Source: the human T2T-CHM13v2.0 reference genome, Homo sapiens. Taken from it: a stretch of DNA of 64,000 nucleotides. Position 1 is the stretch's first letter; every line of letters begins with the position of its first letter. Location: NCBI RefSeq assembly GCF_009914755.1, contig NC_060941.1. One strand, written 5' to 3'. Positions 51,282 through 64,000 of this stretch are shown in pieces. A model generated the notes under the pieces. It saw nothing but the letters and a program-made list of their open reading frames with translations. It was not told the origin of the DNA and made no database searches. The position numbers and the translations under genes are program-made.

Positions 51282-53649
51282 TTAATTAATTAAAATAAAA
51301 TAAAAAAACCAAATCTGCCAACACCCTGATCTTGGACTTGTAGTCTCCAGAAGAGTAAGAAATAAATTTCCATTTTTTAAGCCATACAGTCTGTGGTATT
51401 TTGTTATAGCAGCCCCAGCAAACTAACACAGGGGGCTCCAAGCCAATAGAAGCACCTCCTCCTCCTCCCAGGACAGTTAGAGACCACCTTTAGGAACTCG
51501 CTGTCAGAAACCTGGGGGCAGATGAAGCCAGATTCCTGGGGCTTAAGAGAATGGGCTATGAGGAAACAGCAGTGGAACACAAGTGTGTGGTGCATCCAAA
51601 GCCTCAAAGGCTGTTTCTCAGGATTCCCACAACCTAGTTCCACTTTTCCTCATTAGCCTTCTCAGTACTGCCAATGATCCCAACAGAATGCTTTGGCTGG
51701 TCAGACTCATCTTTTTACCAAGTCCAGCCAGCTTTTGTCTCTATAACTGTGCTTTGATCATCCAACATTTCCCACCCATTCTTCAAGGTACTGCTCAATT
51801 CCCTAACCATTTTGTTCCATGCTGATCTCCCTTTTCTCAACCAGCTTCTGCACTTACCATATAACTTGGTCTAACTATTCAGTCTAATTGTCTGTATCAC
51901 AGAAGGTAATATACAAAAGCATGAGACTCATTATTTGGGTCCCAGTCCAACAATATTGGGTACTTTGAGAATAGAGACTATGTGTTCTTCCGTAGCTCTG
52001 AAGAAAAGTGAATTTGCCAGGGAAAAACAATGATTGTGGACATAAAACAACAAAAACAAAGACGAACTTTCCAGATTCATCTTTTTCTACGGTCTGCCCA
52101 TTTGCCACTGAAGCCACTAGAGAGGTATTTTTTGCCACATGCAGCTGTGCATTTGAAGCATTTAGGAAAGATTTGCCTGTCATCGTGTTGTAATTATTAC
52201 TTATAACAGTTTTCATGGTTTGTTTTTGTCATTGTTAACTTCATTATGAAGAATGTAATGCCCACATGATTCATTAAAGTATAATTATAGTTAGCACAAG
52301 TTATTAACTCATTAGGCAAGAGACAGTTCAGAAAGTAAACTTAATAGGATGGGACACAATCCTTAGAATTGTAACATTTAAATAATCCTTGAATTGCAGA
52401 GAGAATAGAGACCTATTTCACAGTCAATAAAAAGGGGGAAAAAAAACTCTTTGAAATTTGGATTATTTCAAATTGTCATTTGAAACAGTTGAACATTATT
52501 CAATAAATCATAATATCCTGATTTAAAGATGCAGTTACTGTTCCAAATTAAATTCCCTGATGTTCTGAAGAAATCTTACGGAATCTGACATGCTTGAGGG
52601 TAAGGAATATTCAACGACAAAGGGCAGCAAGAGAAAATAGCCTGGTTCACAACTCTGGAATTAATTCACTGTAGCTGAAGCTTAAAGGGGGTGGGGGAAG
52701 GAAGGCTGGCACAGTGGCTTACGCCTGTAATCCCAGTGCTTTGGGGGGCTGAGGTGAGAGGACAGCTTGAGCCCAGGGATTCGAGACCAGCCTGGGCAAC
52801 ATGGCGAAACCCTGTCTCTACAACAAATACAAAAATTAGCCAGGCGTGGTTGCCTGGCCTGAAGTCCCAACTACTCGGGAGGCTGAGGTGGGAGGATTGC
52901 CTGTGCCCAGGAAGTCAAGGTTACAGCAAGCTATGATCGTACCACTGCACTCCAGCCTGGGCATGGGAAACCCAGTCTCTTTATTTAAAAAAGAAAAAAA
53001 AAAGTCTGAATAAATCAGTCCAAGATATGAATCCAAACTGGAATGATCAGATACCATCATCTTACTGTGGCAACTCAACCACATTTCAGCAATTCACACT
53101 ACAATTGCTCCTGGATACTCATCTCATTATCATTTTTTTAACTTCCAAAAGCATATTTAAGATTATTTTGTGTTTCCCAATTTACAGCCCAAAAGGACTC
53201 AAGACACTTATTTGAGAGAATCCCAAAATGTCTGGGTGAGACACAAAATGATACGCCACCAGAAGTCTCAGGGGACACTGGGCACATGAGAACTAAGGCT
53301 GGACAACAGCAGGTTATGAAGAAAACACAACGATTCCCCTTTGTCAGCTTCCTGCACCTGACCCTGAAGGCCGCCATGGGTAAGGCCGGGTCTCCGGCAC
53401 ATCTGCACCATGGGCACGCAACAGAGTCGCACAGTGCCTAGCTAAGCGCGGATGTGCTAAATCAAGGCTGAAAGAAAGCCTGGCCCTGCCCTTAGGCATC
53501 AGGGATTTTCCAAGTTTGATTCTCCTGTCATCAGAAGCATCCCGGGAAGGATGCTCGTTACACTGCAGATTCCAGCCAGGCGCGGAGGCTCACGCCTGTA
53601 ATCCCAGCACTTTGGGAAGCCGGGAGGATCACTTAACGTCAGGAGTTCA

Positions 53650-54267
<618 letters not shown>

Positions 54268-54414
54268 TTACAGCCCCACCCCCCTCCAACCCTCGTCCCC
54301 TTCCCCATCCCCCATCCCCTCCACTACCAGGTCTAGCGGCTTCAGGCCCGGGCGTGCGCAGGCGCGTCCCCCGCCCGCCGCCCACCCGGCCGTCCCGCTC
54401 CCTGCGCCGCGCAC

Positions 54415-54659
54415 CTGAGGCAGTCGTTGTCTCTCACAAGGCGCGCGCTCTCGGCGGGGGGCAAGAGCCCCCCCTCCAGGTAGAGGCCTAGGAAGGCCCC
54501 AGAACTGAAGCCGAAGCGCTGGCGGATGAGACTAATGAGATCTGTGACGACTCGGCATCTGTTCAAGTCGACCAGAAGCCAGAAGGCCGTACAGTGCGGG
54601 GTAGCTGGCGGCGGGTAATCAAATTGAAGCCGTAGCCTAACCGTCTCGGAAGCTGCCAT
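54415..54659 (-). CDS. COIL: Coilin exon 1 (aa 1-82, N-terminal self-association domain)
   Basis: [51 protein letters not shown]...DNDCLR; donor CAG|GTGCGC; 245 nt, phase 2, joins exon 2 in frame. Confidence 0.98.
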
Positions 54660-54750
54660 CTTGCTTGGTGCTCAACGGAAGCCGAGAGATACCACGGGGC
54701 CACCGAGAGGCGTGCTCGGGCGGCTCGCCCCCGCCGGAGCCTTTGGCGTG

Positions 54751-54763
54751 TGCCACCTAGTGG
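54751..54763 (-). promoter_or_regulatory. CTCF consensus motif just upstream of COIL
   Basis: CCACTAGGTGGCA on the minus strand, a close match to the CTCF core CCAC(C/T)AG(A/G)(G/T)GGC. Confidence 0.7.
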
Positions 54764-55357
54764 TGAAACCTGGCTACTACAGGCTGCGTCTAGGCGAGAA
54801 CTCGGAGCGTGGTTGATTTCATTCAATTTTGTTCACGGCAGGGCTGAGGAAGGGAATAAGTGAAATGCCTTTATTACATTTCTACTGGGCGCTATGTAGG
54901 GTCTCCTAATTAAGGCAACTCTCTGGATAAATAACATTTCTCCTCAGCAGTAGTCTTCTAAGATATTTGCTCATCGACGTGAAAGATTTTTATAAAACAA
55001 TCCTAACACATTTCGCTGACAAAATTTTTCATCATGATGAGTTGAAAAAGATGTAAGTCCTAGTGTGTTCTCAATGTTGAAATTTTGAAATAACACTGTT
55101 AATCATTCTTCCAAATGTATCCAGTGGAATATAAATACCTTAGCCTTTTAATACCCACCACCAAACAAAAATGTCCTTGCATTTCTCACCAGATAAATAA
55201 ATCAGTATTTACATTATTTCTTCTATTTTTTGAACTAGAATTTACATTTCTCCACATAATATATATTAACTCCTTTAATTTTCATAACAAAAGTTAGGAA
55301 TTATGAACTGTTATCCTTATTTAGAGGATTTAAAAAAAACAAGGTTCAGAGAGTTTA

Positions 55358-55717
<360 letters not shown>

Positions 55718-56861
55718 TCAGTAGATGAATTGAAAACAAAATTTTTTAACTGAAAGTAAGGGTTTTTGGATTTTCTTTTTTTAGAGTCTTGCTCTGTCAC
55801 CTAGGCTGGAGTGCCGTGGTGCACTCTGCCTCCCGGGTTCAAGTGACTTCCCACCTCAGCCTTCCTAGTAGCTGGAACCACAGGTGTGAGCCACCAAGCC
55901 CAGCTAATTTTTGTATTTTTTGTAGAGATAGGGTTTTTCCATGGTGGCCAGGCTGGTCTCGAATTCCTGAATTCCAGCAATCTGCCTGCCTTGGCCTCCC
56001 AAAGTGGTGGGATTACAGGCATGAGCCACCACCTCCGACTAAAATCAAGTTTATTAGAGAATTAAAGGAATAAAAGAATGACTACTCCATAGACAGAGCA
56101 GCGAGCCCATACTATAAGTATACTCAGTCAAGTATACTTATAGTTACTTCTTGACTGTATGCTAAACAAAGGATGGATTATTCATGAGTTTTCTGTATCC
56201 CTAGGAAAGGGGCAGGGATTTCCCTCAGAACTGAGGGTTACTCCCCTTTTACACCATACAGGATAACTTTTGGGCATTTCCGGCTGGGCGCAGTGGCTCA
56301 CCCCTGTAATCCCAGTTTCTCCACATCCTGACTACCATTTGGCATTGTCACTATTTTTTAGTCATTCTGGTAGATGTGTTGTGGTATGTTGTGGTTTTAT
56401 TTATTTGTTTGTTTGTTTTGAGGCTGGGTCTCATTATGTCTCCAGTGCTGAAGTGCAGTGGCGTGATCACAAGGCTTACTGCAGCCTTCACCTCTGAAGC
56501 TCAAATGAACCTCCCACTTCAGCCTCCTGAGTGGCTGGGACTACAGGCATGCACTGCCATGCCCTGCTAAATTTTGTAATCTTTGTAGAGACGGAGTTTT
56601 GCCACATTGCCCAGACTGGTCTCAAACTCTTGGGCTCAAGCTATCCTCCCACCTCAGCCTCCCAAATATTGGGATTACAGGCATGAGCCACCATGCCCAG
56701 CCTCTTGTGGTTTTAATTTGTATTTTCTAATGGCTAATAATGTTGAACATTTTTCCTGTGTTTATGTGCTTCTTCAGTGAAATTCTCTTCAAGTCTTTTA
56801 CATCTACTCTTATTAGATTGTTAAATTTTGAGAGTTCTTTATGTATTCTAGATAGTAGTAC

Positions 56862-57232
56862 TGAGGCAGGAAAATAGGATCTGGAGGCAGGGAACATAAG
56901 GCCAATTCACACTTCAGCTGTGACAGGAAATATCCTCTTCATTTACATAGGGCATACGAGGAGTAAATGACTTTCTAACTTTACCTCATCCTCTCCATTT
57001 ACATAGGACATACACCAAGAAACCAGTGGAAACCTCTGGAGGGTATTTAAGCCCCCAAAAATTCTGTAACAGGGCCCTTGAGCCCCTATGCTCGGGCCTG
57101 CTCCCACCCTGTGGAGCGTACTTTCATTTTCAGTAAATCTCTGTTTTTGTTGCTTCATTCTTTCCTTGCTTTGTTTGTGCGTTTTGTCCAATTCTCTGTT
57201 CAAGATGCCAAGAACACCCTCCACCAGTAACA
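56862..57232 (+). mobile_element. MER61-family solo LTR with 4-bp TSD GTAC, inserted in an L1 remnant
   Basis: TGAGGCAGGAAAATAGG.TCTGGAGGCAGGGAAC...CCACCAGTAACA; GTAC at 56858-56861 and 57233-57236. Confidence 0.8.
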
Positions 57233-57531
57233 GTACTTTGTCAGATATGTGGATTGCGGATTATTTTCTTTGACTCTGGAGCTTTTTTTTTTTTTTAATC
57301 ATTCTCTTAATAGGGCCTATCACAGACCAAAAGTTCTAAATTGTGATGAAGTCTGGTCGATCAATTTTTTCTTCACTGCTACCTCTGCCTCCCAGGTTCA
57401 AGTGATTCTCCTGCCTCAGCTGCCCGAGTAGCTGGGGACTACAGGCACCCGCCACCACGCCTGGCTAATTTTTGTATTTTTAGTAGAGATAGGGTTTTAC
57501 CATGTTAGTCAGGCTGGTCTTGAACTCCTGA

Positions 57532-57735
<204 letters not shown>

Positions 57736-57835
57736 TAGCCTGAGTTAATTTTTGTGTAAGAGTTATATCAGCGTTCATTTTTGTTTGTTTGCTTGCCTCT
57801 TGATGTCCAATTGCTCCAGTACTATTTGTTAATAA

Positions 57836-58279
<444 letters not shown>

Positions 58280-58563
58280 TGATCCACCCGGCCTCCCAAA
58301 GTGCTGGGATTATGGGCTTAAGCCACCGCGCCTGGCCCTTGTTTTCTTTTAGAGACAGATTGCGCCCACAGTGCAGAGCAGTGGTGTGATCATAGCTCAC
58401 TGTAGCCTCAGACTCCTGGGCTCAAGTGACCCTCCCAGTTCAGCTTTTCAAGTAGCTAGGACTACCATGTCCATTAATTTTTAATTTTTTTGTAGAGATA
58501 GTGTTGGACTATGTCTTCCAGACTGATCTCAATCTCCTGGCAGGTGCCACCACGCCTGGCTAA

Positions 58564-58704
<141 letters not shown>

Positions 58705-58966
58705 TAATTGCTTTAGCTATTCTACTTCCTTTTCCTTTTCTTATAAATTTTAAAATAATGTTGTTTGTGTATATCTCCAAAAAATCTTGCTGCGATATTG
58801 GTAGAAATTGTGCTACACCTATATATTAATTTGGTATGAATTGACATCTTTAGGATGTTGAGTCTAAATCCATGAACACATTATGTCTTTCCATTTATTC
58901 AGCTTTCTGATTTCGTTCATCAGCGTTGTGTGGTTTTAAGCATACAAATCCCATACAGGTGTTGTT

Positions 58967-59681
58967 AGATGTCCGGACTCCAAGTGCCAGTTCCTTCCTG
59001 GTGTTCAGCCACTGCGTTGATCCTCCACAGGGGCCTGCCATGCACTGCTCTGATGAGGCATTCCACCAGGGCAATTGCCTACCAGGGACTGCTCTCAGGA
59101 TCCATGTCACTCAAGCTGGCTGGAGTCCCCCGCAGGGATGCTCCACAGGGCAGGCCTAAGCTACCTAAGGGACTGCCTCAACTGTCCGTTAATCACCTCG
59201 CTTCCCGGTCAGGGAACCAAGAAATGTAGCAGAACAAGCCACACACAAAACCCCTCAGACACCGAGTTAAAGAAGGAAGGGCTTTATTTGGCCAGGAGCT
59301 TCGGCAAGACTCACATCTCCAAAAACCGAGTACCCTGAGTGAGCAATTCTTGTCCCTTTTAAGGGCTTACAACACTAAGGGGGTCCACATGAGAGGGTCG
59401 TGATTGAGCAAGCAGGAGGTACATGACTGGGGGCTGCATGCACTGGTAATCATAATGGAACAGAACAGGACAGGGATTTTTCACAGTGCTTTTCCATACA
59501 ATGTCTGGAATCTATAGATAACATAACCGGTTAGGTCGGGGGTCAATCTTTAACCAGACCCGGGGCACGGCTCTGGGCTGTCTGCCTGTGGATTTCATTT
59601 CTGCCTTTTAGTTTTTACTTTTTCTTTCTTTGGAGGCAGAAATTGGGCATAAGACAGTATGAGGGGTGGTCTCCTCCCTTA
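58967..59681 (-). mobile_element. HERV-E/Harlequin 5' LTR (LTR2, 59225-59681) plus tRNA-Glu PBS and truncated leader
   Basis: Minus strand starts TAAGGGAGGAGACCACCCCTCATA (LTR2) and ends ...GCTACA. PBS TGGTTCCCTGACCGGGAA at 59219-59202 is complementary to the tRNA-Glu 3' end. About 250 nt of leader follows. Confidence 0.85.
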
Positions 59682-61028
59682 AAGGAACTCCCCAAACCTC
59701 CATGATTTAGCAGGAGACAAAGAGAAGGGTAATCACCCAGCACCTAGACCCATTTAGATTAAGTAAATTTACTGAGGCTCCAGAGGAAGGTCTTCAGGAC
59801 TCAGACCTTAATTATAGATTAAAAGTAGTTAATCACTTATGTCTTTAGATGAATGCACACTTAACATGTAGACATATAGCTTAGAAGGTATATAAGCTCT
59901 GGAAAACTTTGTAATTTGGAGTTGGTCTGGTGATAACTTCCAGGCCTTGTCCCTGTAATCGGTTGCAGAAATAAAATCTTTCTTTCTCCCCAGTTCATCT
60001 GGATCTCGTTATTGGGCCATGAGAAATAGCAGCCCGACCCTCACTCTGGTCTGGGAACAAAATTTGGCAAGCCAGCCAGGAGAGACTGGGATGGTGCTGT
60101 GTTCAGCGGCTAGCAGCTTGCAATGAGACAGTCTTCAGGAGGATCCCAGCAGCTGCTGATGAGATTTCCCAAGGACCCTCTTGAAGGCTGTTTCATGCAG
60201 AAAATTGCACATCTCTTTCACTACTGGGGAAGAATGGAGATCAGGAGTGGATGCACTCAAAGGGTGAGTTAATTGCGAGCCTATTGTTTTCCTGTCTCAA
60301 CTTGTTAAGCCATTTGTCCAGTACCGCCAAGGGAAGCAACAGGGCTCATGCATACACCTGCTTTAAATTTTGGTTGACCAGCTTTTGAGTTGGTTTTGAG
60401 TCTGTTTTGCCTGAGTGCACTCCCCCTTTTGTTGCCCAAAATTTGTGTCCACTTATCTGTGTATCTGTCTTATACCCTTTGATATCATATAAACATGAAA
60501 ATGGGAGGTATTGGGTCCATTGCTGCTGAGAAGCCTCTGGGAAGGAAAAAATTTTTTTATGAGCTCAATGGCTAAAAGTCAGCTTAATTAAAAGCTAGCA
60601 TTCAAGGTGTGTATATGTACATGCGCATATTGTATTTAAAAGGTCTTAATGGGCTGGGCATGGCAGCTCATGCCTGTAATCCCAGCATTTTGGGAGGCCG
60701 AGGCAGGCAAATCACGAGGTCAGTAGTTTGAGACCAGCCTGGCCAACATGGTGAAACCCCATCTCTACTAAAAATACAAAAAAATTAGCTGGGTGTGGTG
60801 GCAGGTGCCTGTAATCCCAGCTACTCAGGAGGCTGAGGCAGGAGAATCGCTTGAACCCAGGAGGCAGAGGTTGCAGTGAGCCGAGATTGTGCCACTGCCC
60901 TCCAGCCCAGGCAACAGTGTGAGACTTTGTCTCAAAAAATAAATAAATAAAAATAAAAGGCCTTCATGTTTGTTTATTTCTCTCCTAGGACCTTGTCTTT
61001 TTGAGCAAAGATTTTTCTTCTCGGTTGA

Positions 61029-61310
<282 letters not shown>

Positions 61311-62225
61311 TGATCCACCCGCCTTGGCCTTCCGAAGTGCTGGGATTATAAGAGTGAGCCACCGCACCTGGCCTACTCTAGGGTTTTTAAGAAAAAGTAT
61401 AATTTAGACACTTTGTTTGAAAAAATATTTTTTAAGTGCACAGTAAAAGCTGGTCACATGGTCTAGCCTCATAATAAGTCTCCCTTTTGAAAACCCAAGA
61501 TTAGGTATGGGCTCTGCCCAGAACTCAAAGATCCAGTTAAAAGAGGAAAAACGACATCTTATGAATCTGTAAAATGTGCTTCTGTTGGCATGCCTAATGC
61601 ATCTATATATTTGTGTCTTGTGTACACCATGTTTCACTACTGAAAATATATAAAGGAGTTCTAATTAATTGGCTCAAAGAAAAATAAAAGCACTTAAATG
61701 CTTTAACAGAACAAAGGAAAGACTAGTCAAATGCTTTTTCAAGTTTATGTGACTTAAGTAACATCTTTAATAAATAAGCTAGCTTTAAAAATTATTGGTA
61801 AAGTAATATTAGAAATGTCTTAGGAGCTGCCAGTGTACATTTTTGTTTGCATTTATTGATCAAGCAATTTCATACTTATCTCTGCTAAATACTAGAAGGT
61901 GTCAAAATTTGGCATAGAGGCTACAAAAGTATGACTCAGCCCAATACAGAATGATCTTTGCTTGTGTAATTTTTAATAAATGAAACATTAATATTGGTTT
62001 AATGAAGAAGCTACATCTTGAATTATTTAGTTAAATACCCAAACTTCTAATCTTGTGTTAGGCAGTCTAGTCCATAGACATGAAGGAAGTTTGTTCTGCA
62101 AAAGGACTGTTATCATCTTTGTTTCAAAGCTAAACTCTAAGTTAATGAACAAGAATAGCTTGGAGGTTAGAAGCAAGATGGAGTCAGTTAGGTCAGATCG
62201 TTTTCACTGTCTCAGTTATAATTTT

Positions 62226-62304
62226 TTTATTATACTTTAAGTTTTAGGGTACATGTGCACAACGTGCAGGTTAGTTACATATGTATACATGTGCCATGTT
62301 GGTG
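62226..62304 (-). mobile_element. Severely 5'-truncated primate L1PA 3' end with 15-bp TSD
   Basis: TTATTATACTTTAAGTTTTAGGGTACATGTGCACAACGTGCAGG...; TSD CTCAGTTATAATTTT at 62211-62225 and 62305-62319. Confidence 0.9.
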
Positions 62305-62633
62305 CTCAGTTATAATTTTGCAATGGCAGTTTCATAACTTTAAATGAAGACTATCACAGTTTTCATGAATAATCTAGGTAAATGATTAAAATAAATAATT
62401 AGATAAATGTAATGGGATAAATACTCATAAACAAACTTGTCATAATTTAGAATCTAAAGTTATATTAAACAACAGAGATTTTATTATTTGGTTATTTTCC
62501 AGTAAAAATATATTGTAGGAGCTACTCGGAAGGCTTAGGCAGGAGAATGATGTGAACCCGGGAGGCAGAGCTTGTAGTGAGTGGAGATCACGCCACTGCA
62601 CTCCAGTCTGGGCAACAGAGTGAGACTCTGTCT

Positions 62634-62634
<1 letters not shown>

Positions 62635-62708
<74 letters not shown>
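62635..62708 (+). repeat. A31 followed by about (TA)21 in the tail of a 5'-truncated AluY
   Basis: Read directly from the sequence. Confidence 0.9.
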
Positions 62709-62710
<2 letters not shown>

Positions 62711-63561
62711 TAGGAAAACATTCTAAAAATTGTGTCCTTTGTAAAGGGTAACTAATTTTTGTCTAATTCAAAACTTATTTAAAGGTTATATATAAAACAA
62801 GGTATTAAAGAAAAGAGAATTTATGTAAGAAAAGATCTCATATGGTAAATTGTTGCCATAAAGTAAAATAACTGGTTGTTTAAAGAAAGGGCTATTTAGG
62901 ACAAGTCAGAAAGTTGAGGCATGTCAGAGATTGCCTGTGTAAGTCAAGAAAGAATTTATGAAAGGGAATTTACACAAGAAATGTTGTACAATTTAAAGGT
63001 GATTAGACCTCCTAAATACTTTATTTAAAAAATTGCCTCTATGACTCTTAGCTGTAAAACTTGCCTGCTTTACAGCTAGGTACGGCCTAGGACACATGGA
63101 GTTAGATGCTGGAATAAGTCAGACTTACCTGCACTTCTGTCTAGGTTCTAGGCTCCACACTTAGTAGATAATTAAAATCCCAAACTTAGCAAGGTTTTCA
63201 CAAAAGTAAAGTTTGCCAAGAGTTAAGAGTGTAACATGTATTTAAGACTGTTAAAGAAACAGTTCACATGCAAGCAGTGTAAGGAAAGTAAAATATACTT
63301 TTGGTAAAAAGATTATAACGAGGCATGAGAATGTGGATTTTTGCCTAAATTTAAAGGTTAAAGGATTGTTTTAAGTTGAACAAAATAAAGACGAAGGTTT
63401 AAGCAAGTTGTGGAAGGTTGATTGTAAAGGAAATTCTTTGTGTAAACATATTGGCTGAAGTTAAAGGTGTATCATCCAGTGTTTTTCTCAATTAAGCATT
63501 AAAATAAAAGCACACTGGGTTTCTCTTAGAGCACTAACCTGCTCTTTAACAAAAATTGTAA

Positions 63562-63759
<198 letters not shown>

Positions 63760-64000
63760 TAAAAGGTCTATAAAAATATTACCTTATGGTCAAACATTAA
63801 AATTGGGTAAATATGTCTATAAGGTTTTACTAAGAATTGGGTTTAACATTAATAGTACACTAATGTAAAGGTGTAATTGGCTTATTTGGTATAAGAATTA
63901 TGCAGGAAGAATTGTCAAATATGAAATGGTGTTTGGCTTTCTTTGGGCTATATTTGTATGAATATGTTATTGGTATGTGTTCCAAAGTTATGGGAGACTC

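Larger units (their letters stand above)
54330..54810. promoter_or_regulatory. CpG island / COIL promoter
   Basis: CpG-rich; ETS-like CGGAAG near 54676; YY1-like AAGATGGC overlapping the start codon; no TATA box evident. Confidence 0.85.

Noticed and set aside
56862-57232. p53 response element in the MER61 LTR
   Set aside because: Candidate half-sites (GGGCATACGA, GGACATACAC) lack the CWWG core.

Overview
This is human (or very closely related hominid) genomic DNA from the TRIM25-COIL locus, recognised as 17q22 from the encoded proteins. Both genes lie on the minus strand. The window holds TRIM25 coding exon 1 (7040-7636; RING and B-boxes), its CpG-island promoter and part of intron 1. It also holds the complete COIL (coilin) gene: 7 coding exons of 245+1108+87+48+70+89+84 = 1731 nt (576 aa), all introns GT-AG, poly(A) signal at 31854-31859. 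The rest is repeat-dense: many Alus, L1 remnants, MaLR/MLT2 LTRs, MER4- and MER57-type proviral remnants, a HERV-E LTR2 with tRNA-Glu PBS, a MER61 solo LTR and an Alu-split RPS15A processed pseudogene. Most ORFs in the supplied track are Alu or antisense artefacts. The most interesting unexplained signals are structured, non-repetitive segments in COIL introns. In intron 3, a two-state fold appears able to hide the likely branch point. At the start of intron 6, a hairpin array carries U1-snRNA-like words, including the U1A site AUUGCAC. Together they suggest, as inference only, an RNA-structure-based splicing feedback on coilin. Other observations: an apparent V145I coilin allele, unusual templated insertions, a probably gene-converted inverted Alu pair and a (GGAA)15 microsatellite. 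All structures were paired by eye and repeat names come from recalled consensus sequences; no computation or database search was run.
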